64,000 nt of DNA from Deltaproteobacteria bacterium (GTDB lineage: Bacteria > Myxococcota_A > Polyangia > Polyangiales > Houyiibacteriaceae). The notes beneath the pieces were generated by a model that saw only the letters and a program-made list of their open reading frames with translations, did no database searches and was not told the origin of the DNA. The translations under genes were made by a program, and so were the position numbers. Numbering within the stretch: position 1 is the first letter of the stretch; each line of letters begins with the position of its first letter. Positions 58,626 to 64,000 of this stretch are shown one piece after another. Where the stretch lies: the NCBI GenBank assembly GCA_034670305.1, contig JAXMNT010000019.1:1-64000 (forward strand). The letters are read 5' to 3'.

Positions 58626-58642
58626 GAGGCACGCAACGTGCT
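58626..58642 (+). promoter_or_regulatory. Putative sigma54 -24/-12 promoter
   Basis: AGGCACGCAACGTGCT, GG-N10-GC; AT-rich patch about 150 bp upstream. Confidence 0.5.
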
Positions 58643-58654
58643 TTGGCTGCGGGC

Positions 58655-59335
58655 ATGACTCGCTCACTCTCCGACGCCCGCCTCGCTCCGGCCCGAACCT
58701 CGATCGGGTGTGCCCTCCTCGTCGTCGCCGCGCACTTGCTCGCGACCCCGACGGCCCGCGCCGATGCCCCCACCGAGGTGGACGCCGATGTGGACGTCGC
58801 CGAGGAGGTCTCGGAGCGCACGCCGTTCCGGGAGCGGGCCGCGTTCGACCGTGACTTCGCGCTCGCGATCTACGGCACCGGTTGGGTTGGAAGGTACGCG
58901 GCGGGCGGCGGCGGCGCGCGGGCGCGTTGGGAGCCCTTCGACCGACTCGGGGTCGAGGTCTACACCGAACACCTCAAAGTCATCGAAGACGAAGGCCTGC
59001 GGCACGACCATCCGATCGGCTTCAACCTCTACGTGCCTTTTCAGTTCGGGGAGCGCTTCCGGCTTCGCCCGCTCTTCGGCTTCTGCACCGTCTTCAGCTT
59101 CTTCCATCCGGACCAAGAAGGCGTCGAACGCATCGACGACGTGCACTTCGGCGTACACGCCGGCCTCGGCGCGGAAGTCTCCTTCGGCCGCTTCGTGAGC
59201 CTCTTCGTCGACGTCCAGGGCGTCGCCTACTTCGGCCACGACCGCTACGCCGGCGGCTGGGCGACCCACGTCGGCGACAACCTGAGCGTTTGGGGCCTCG
59301 TGCAAGGGGCAGCGGGCATCCAAGTCCACCTGTAG
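58655..59335 (+). CDS. Hypothetical outer-membrane beta-barrel-like protein
   Basis: Signal peptide ending ARA-D; alternating beta-strand pattern; C-terminal AGIQVHL. Confidence 0.65.
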   Translation: MTRSLSDARLAPARTSIGCALLVVAAHLLATPTARADAPTEVDADVDVAEEVSERTPFRERAAFDRDFALAIYGTGWVGRYAAGGGGARARWEPFDRLGVEVYTEHLKVIEDEGLRHDHPIGFNLYVPFQFGERFRLRPLFGFCTVFSFFHPDQEGVERIDDVHFGVHAGLGAEVSFGRFVSLFVDVQGVAYFGHDRYAGGWATHVGDNLSVWGLVQGAAGIQVHL

Positions 59336-59345
59336 CTGCGGACCT

Positions 59346-59529
59346 CGGCTTGGAGGCGGCTTCGGCTTCGGCTTCGGCTTCGGGGTCGGCTTCGGGGTCG
59401 GCTTCGGCGTCGGCTTCGGGGTCGGCTTCGGGGTCGGATTCGGCGTCGGTTTCGGATTCAGGGCAAGGGCAGGGGCAAGGGCAGGGGCAAGGGCAACAGC
59501 GGGCAAGGGCAAGGGCAAGGGCAAGGGCG
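59346..59529. repeat. Compound tract: (GGNNTC)n followed by (GGGCAA/GGGCAG)n
   Basis: Unit switch at about 59460. Confidence 0.9.
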
Positions 59530-59631
59530 CCATCGGGCGGGGTCCTGGTCCCACACCTCAAACGGAGGTATCTAGCCGCCACGCCTTCGCCCTCCGCCCA
59601 CCGGACGCCGTGAAGTCGCCTGGCTGGGCCG

Positions 59632-61125
59632 ATGCTGTTTCAGAGCGCCGACTACTTTCTGTTCCTGACGATCGCGGTCGCCGCGTTCTGGTTGCTGGCG
59701 CGCCATCACCGCGTGCGGGTCGCGCTGCTCTTCGTCCTGAGCTGCGCGTTCTACATGGCGTGGAAACCCGAGTACATCCTGCTCATCCTCGGGTCGACGC
59801 TGCTCGACTTCGTGGCCGGCAACCGCATCCATGCGTCGGACCGGAATGGCGAGCGCAAGCTCTGGTTGGCGGCGAGCCTCAGCGGCAACCTCGGGCTGCT
59901 CTTCGCGTTCAAGTACTACAACTTCTTCGCGCTCGAGCTGGTGCAGACGATCGAGTGGATGGGCGGCTCCGCCAGCCTGCCGCTGCTCGAAGCCGCGCTG
60001 CCAGTCGGCATCAGCTTCTACACCTTCCAGACGCTCAGCTACACGATCGACATCTACCGCGGCAAGCTCGAGCCGACCCGAGACCTGTTCGAGTTCGCCG
60101 CGTTCGTCACCTACTTCCCGCAGCTGGTCGCCGGTCCCATCGTGCGCGCGTCGGAGCTCTTGCCGCAGCTCAGCCGCCCGCCCTCGGTGGACTCCGATCG
60201 GATCAGCCAGGGGCTCTTTCTGATCCTCACCGGGCTCGTGAAGAAGGTCGCGCTCGCCGACTACCTCGCGCTGAACTGCGTCGACCGCATGTTCGACCAG
60301 CCGGAGCTCTTCAGCGGCATCGAAGTGGTGGTCGCGCTCTACGCGTTCACGATGCAGCTCTACCTCGATTTCTCCGGGTACACCGACGTGGCGCGGGGCT
60401 CGGCGATGTTGATGGGGTTCGAGTTGCCCGCGAACTTCGACCGGCCCTACCAAGCCACGAACCCGGCCGACTTCTGGCGCCGCTGGCACATGACGCTCAG
60501 CCGCTGGCTGCGCGACTACCTGTACTTTCCGCTCGGCGGCTCCCGCGTGGGCCCCGTGCGCGCGTACTTCAACCTCGGGCTGACGATGTTCCTCGTGGGC
60601 ATCTGGCACGGGTGGTGGGGCAACTTCGAAGTCTTCTTCTGGTACGCGCTCCTGCAGACCTTCGCGATGGTCGGTCACCGCTTCGTCTACCGCTTCTTCG
60701 GCCGAAGCCGGGACGCAGTCGACGCGCCGCACGTCACCGCGCTCAAGATCTTCGCCAACCTGCAGTTCGTCGTGTTCTCCCGGATCCTCTTCCGCGCGAG
60801 CAGCATGGAGAACGCCGAGGACGTGGGCGGCCGGATCACCCGGAGTGTCTCCACGCTCTGGCGCCACTGGACCGGGCCCGAGGCCTTGGACGAGAGCCAA
60901 CTCGCGCTCGCGACCTCGACCCTGCACATCTCGGTCGGCGTGTGGCTGATCCTGCTCTTCACCTTCGCGGCGCACTACACGCCGAAGAAGATCTTCCAGT
61001 CGTTCGAGACGTTCTTCGTGAAGCTCCCACCGCCGGCGCAGGGCTTGATGGTCGCGATCGTCGCCGGTCTGCTCAGCCTGGTCGCGGCGACCGAAGCGGT
61101 CCCGTACATCTACTTTCAGTTCTGA
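59632..61125 (+). CDS. MBOAT-family O-acyltransferase (AlgI/DltB-like)
   Basis: FKYYNFF, LPVGISFYTFQ, FPQLVAGPI.R, DFSGY.D, NF..PY, FWRRWHMTLS.WLRDYLY, GIWHG, YIYFQF. Confidence 0.93.
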   Translation: MLFQSADYFLFLTIAVAAFWLLARHHRVRVALLFVLSCAFYMAWKPEYILLILGSTLLDFVAGNRIHASDRNGERKLWLAASLSGNLGLLFAFKYYNFFALELVQTIEWMGGSASLPLLEAALPVGISFYTFQTLSYTIDIYRGKLEPTRDLFEFAAFVTYFPQLVAGPIVRASELLPQLSRPPSVDSDRISQGLFLILTGLVKKVALADYLALNCVDRMFDQPELFSGIEVVVALYAFTMQLYLDFSGYTDVARGSAMLMGFELPANFDRPYQATNPADFWRRWHMTLSRWLRDYLYFPLGGSRVGPVRAYFNLGLTMFLVGIWHGWWGNFEVFFWYALLQTFAMVGHRFVYRFFGRSRDAVDAPHVTALKIFANLQFVVFSRILFRASSMENAEDVGGRITRSVSTLWRHWTGPEALDESQLALATSTLHISVGVWLILLFTFAAHYTPKKIFQSFETFFVKLPPPAQGLMVAIVAGLLSLVAATEAVPYIYFQF

Positions 61126-61140
61126 TCCGGCGAACGGGGA

Positions 61141-61626
61141 TCAGGTCGGCGCGAGGTTCGGCCGGATCGTCTTGACCGCGTCGACCAGCGCCGCGGCGCT
61201 CGGACCGCGATCCACCTGAACGCACTGGGCGGCGAACACAGATGCGTCGGTCACGTTGCTGAAGAACTTCACCGGGAAGGCCGGCTTCACGACGATCGCC
61301 AACCCCCGCATGAACGTCCGAATGAGACTGAACTTGAGGGTGTCCCCTTCGATCGCGGACGCACTGACCCTCACCCGATCGCCGTAGGCCGCGGCTTGGG
61401 CCTTGGACTCGCGGCGAAAGTCGGTGCCCGGGAGTCTGCCGTCCACCGCGCTGTCGATGACGACGAGCAGGCCCATGCCTTCGTAGCGGCTGAGGGTCTT
61501 CTCGACCCAGGGCTTGCGTTCCCGCAGCGCGGCCACGTGCGGTGTGCCCCAGTAGAGCGTGATCAGGACGTTTCCGAGCGCCGCGTACCGGTGCGAAGGA
61601 CCTTCACTGACCATTTCCGGGAACAT
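61141..61626 (-). CDS. Hypothetical protein (STAS/SEC14-like alpha/beta pattern)
   Basis: GGAGG RBS; GLLVVID, FPVKFFSNV.DA. Confidence 0.6.
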   Translation of the reverse strand: MFPEMVSEGPSHRYAALGNVLITLYWGTPHVAALRERKPWVEKTLSRYEGMGLLVVIDSAVDGRLPGTDFRRESKAQAAAYGDRVRVSASAIEGDTLKFSLIRTFMRGLAIVVKPAFPVKFFSNVTDASVFAAQCVQVDRGPSAAALVDAVKTIRPNLAPT

Positions 61627-61676
61627 GCCTCCCCAGTATAGGGGGCACTGACTCGGATCGGTCTCTTTCGTGCGGC

Positions 61677-63014
61677 CTAGACCTTGGCGTGGCGCCAGCG
61701 GCCGCGCTTGAACTCGAGGACGAAGGCCACTGTCTGGAGCTGGCGGTAGACGATTTGCCCGAGCCAGATCGCCAACATGCCCCACCCCAAAACGGGCCCC
61801 ATCACATAGGCGAGCGGCAGGAAGAGGCCCCACTGCAAGACGGTCGCGATCACCATCACCCGCCGGGTGTAGCCCGCGCCGATGAGCGCGTTCATGAGCA
61901 CCAGACCCACCGCGTCGGTGGCCATGAAGAACCCCAGCATGCGCAACGGCCACTCCGCGAGCGCCCGGGTCGCGGGGTCGTGAAGGAACGGCTGCAGCAA
62001 CAAGTCCGGCACGATCATCGCGGGCAACGCGATCAGGCCGACGACCACCACCGCGATCTTCGCGACGTCCCACGCCCATTGCGAGGCGTCCTCCGGATCC
62101 TTGCGTCCGAGTGCCTGACCAACCAGCGACGCGGCCGCGAGTCCGAACCCGATGCCGGGAAGAATGCCGACGAGCATCAGGTCGATCATCACCTTGCTGG
62201 CCGCCAGCTCGGCGGTTCCGACCCGCGCCATGATCGTCATGAAGAGTGTCATGCCGGCCGCGAAGAAGAACTGCTGCGCACCGGCCGGCGCCGAGACCCG
62301 GACCATCGTCTTCAGGGTGTCCCAGCCCGGCAGCGCTTGGAGGAAGCCGGCCTTTCGCGCGTGCATGAAGCCGAGCACGAAGTACATCGCCGTGCCGATG
62401 TAGGTGGAGATGGCCGACGCCAACCCCGCGCCGACCGCACCCATTTCGGGTGCGCCGAGTTCGCCGTAGATGAACACGTAGTTCAGCGCGATGTTCGACG
62501 CATGCATCACCACCAGCGTCTTCATGTAGAGGGCGCTCCGGTCGACTGCGTTCCAGTACCCGCGGAACGAGTAGTTGCAGGCCATCGCGACCATCGCGAC
62601 CAGGCGCCAGCGGAGATAGGGCACCCCGTCGACCACCACGTTCGGGTCGTCCACGACCAGCGGGAAGTAGTGCGGCGCGGCGAAGATCAAGAGCGCGCTC
62701 AATGGGATGGCAACGGTCAGGGCGATCACGAGTCCACCGTTGAGCGGAACGGCGCTCTCCGACTCGCGGCCTTCGCCCACCCGCCGCGACGCCATGGCCT
62801 GCACACCGGCGCTCAGTCCGAGAATGAACGCGGTCAGGAGGAAGTTGAGAAACCCGCCCACGCCAACGGCCGCAAGCGCGTCGTCGCCGAACGAGCCGAC
62901 CATGCCTGCGTCGACCAGGTTCAGGACGTTCTGCGACACCATGCCGCCGATGATCGGCAGCGCGAGGTGGAGGATCCTGCGCCGGCGCTCCAGCGGGACG
63001 ACGAGAGACGCCAA
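61677..63014 (-). CDS. MATE-family efflux transporter
   Basis: ILHLALPII, NLVD.GMVG..G..ALAAVG, NI.LNY.FIYG..G.P.MG..GAG.A, LVGQALG. Confidence 0.9.
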   Translation of the reverse strand: MASLVVPLERRRRILHLALPIIGGMVSQNVLNLVDAGMVGSFGDDALAAVGVGGFLNFLLTAFILGLSAGVQAMASRRVGEGRESESAVPLNGGLVIALTVAIPLSALLIFAAPHYFPLVVDDPNVVVDGVPYLRWRLVAMVAMACNYSFRGYWNAVDRSALYMKTLVVMHASNIALNYVFIYGELGAPEMGAVGAGLASAISTYIGTAMYFVLGFMHARKAGFLQALPGWDTLKTMVRVSAPAGAQQFFFAAGMTLFMTIMARVGTAELAASKVMIDLMLVGILPGIGFGLAAASLVGQALGRKDPEDASQWAWDVAKIAVVVVGLIALPAMIVPDLLLQPFLHDPATRALAEWPLRMLGFFMATDAVGLVLMNALIGAGYTRRVMVIATVLQWGLFLPLAYVMGPVLGWGMLAIWLGQIVYRQLQTVAFVLEFKRGRWRHAKV

Positions 63015-63023
63015 CAGGTGCCT

Positions 63024-63542
63024 TCAGTTGGCCAGCATCGAGTCGATCAAACGACGCACCCGCACGATGCGGTCCGTCAGCTCGAGTTCGTGGGCCCACT
63101 CCCAAACTTCGGTCCGCTCTCCGTTGCGGGACAGCGTCAGCTTGGCCACGTGCGCGTCGATCGGCGGTTGACCGAGATCGTCGCTGGCGGCCTGGTCCCA
63201 CGCTTCGATTTCGACCAGCGTCTCCACCAGCCGGCGAAGCGCTGCGGGATCGGCCGGGGCCGAACGCTCCAGCGCGCCTTCCTCGGTTTCGCCCGCCACC
63301 GCACTCGCGCTGAGCCCGGGCCGGGTGCGGCGCTCCACGATGCGGGCCCCATCGACCAGGACGTCACGGGTCCCGAGCGAGCCGCCGGACTCCACGTAGC
63401 GAAGGGTCAGCCCCTCGGGCCAGGCGTGGCGAGGGCTGTCCTCGAGTGAGGACTGGATCGCGCCTGCGCATCCGTTCAACAGGCCGAACGCGGCGACGAG
63501 AACGACGGCCAGGTACCGGGGCACGGGGAAGAGACGGGACAC
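63024..63542 (-). CDS. Hypothetical lipoprotein
   Basis: Lipobox LNGC. Confidence 0.55.
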   Translation of the reverse strand: MSRLFPVPRYLAVVLVAAFGLLNGCAGAIQSSLEDSPRHAWPEGLTLRYVESGGSLGTRDVLVDGARIVERRTRPGLSASAVAGETEEGALERSAPADPAALRRLVETLVEIEAWDQAASDDLGQPPIDAHVAKLTLSRNGERTEVWEWAHELELTDRIVRVRRLIDSMLAN

Positions 63543-63662
63543 GCGGGATTCATACCACGTACGGCCGAACGCGCCCCGTGCGACTGCATTTTCGAGTCTC
63601 CTGCTTTTGAACCCGCAGAGACCACCATTGAAGATGCCGTGTCAGGGCACGTCCCATCAGGC

Positions 63663-64000
63663 ATGATGACGTGCATGCGTGAGAACGAACCCGGCTTGGC
63701 CCGTGTGGCCCTTCAATCCATGGTCCTCGGTGGCTCGATGTTCCTGCTCGCGCAGCCGATCGCAACCGCCCAGGAGATGGGACAGGGCGAGGCCAACATC
63801 ACGGCGCGCGCGGAAGTCCGCATGAGCCTGGAGAGCGGTCCAGCGACGAGCAGCCAGAAGCTGGCCCTCATCGGTGGGGTGGTCGGTGGAACCCTGGAAG
63901 CCGTCCGGACTTGCTACCGGACCGTCACCGAAACGAACCCCGAGGTGCAGGGACGCCTTCAGTTGATCATCGATTTGACCGGCCGCGGCGGCCAGGTGGA
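63663..64000 (+). CDS. Partial exported protein with AgmX/PglI-like domain (runs off the window)
   Basis: Open frame to the window end; signal peptide ending ATA-Q; AVRTCY...NPEVQGRL. Confidence 0.55.
   Translation, partial: MMTCMRENEPGLARVALQSMVLGGSMFLLAQPIATAQEMGQGEANITARAEVRMSLESGPATSSQKLALIGGVVGGTLEAVRTCYRTVTETNPEVQGRLQLIIDLTGRGGQV

Noticed and set aside
1-64000. rRNA, tRNA, IS, integrase or prophage genes
   Set aside because: No recognisable motifs by eye; a covariance-model scan would be needed to exclude small RNAs and riboswitches.

Overview
High-GC (roughly 70% by eye) bacterial chromosomal segment. Gene content and style point to Myxococcota, probably Polyangiales/Sandaracinaceae-like (inference): many Cys-rich lipoproteins with acidic DAG/DAP linkers, a MYXO-CTERM-type protein, a Ser/Thr kinase-TPR/PEGA cassette, AgmX/PglI-type C-terminal domains and MopE-type plus RCC1 repeats. 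About 55 CDSs can be supported, including era-der, an RlmN-family enzyme, lgt, a ppx/gppA-family gene, a DUF58-transglutaminase-MoxR cluster, ABC, NhaC, ArsB/NhaD and MATE transporters and an MBOAT. I saw no rRNA, tRNA, CRISPR array, integrase or transposase. The least explained signals are: (i) at least eight dispersed phase-locked hexamer tracts (GGNNTC/GANNCC), one of which is translated as an acidic tail on the NhaC protein; (ii) a DHH phosphoesterase whose catalytic motifs are in permuted order; (iii) an LVIVD/Ig lipoprotein - propeller/di-heme cytochrome c - CPBP protease operon; (iv) a putative papain-fold PPC lipoprotein behind a near-consensus sigma54 promoter; (v) a TPR-sensor histidine-kinase-like protein with a degenerate ATP-binding box. 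All calls come from reading motifs by eye; no database search was run, and several start codons are my choice rather than the ORF-track start.
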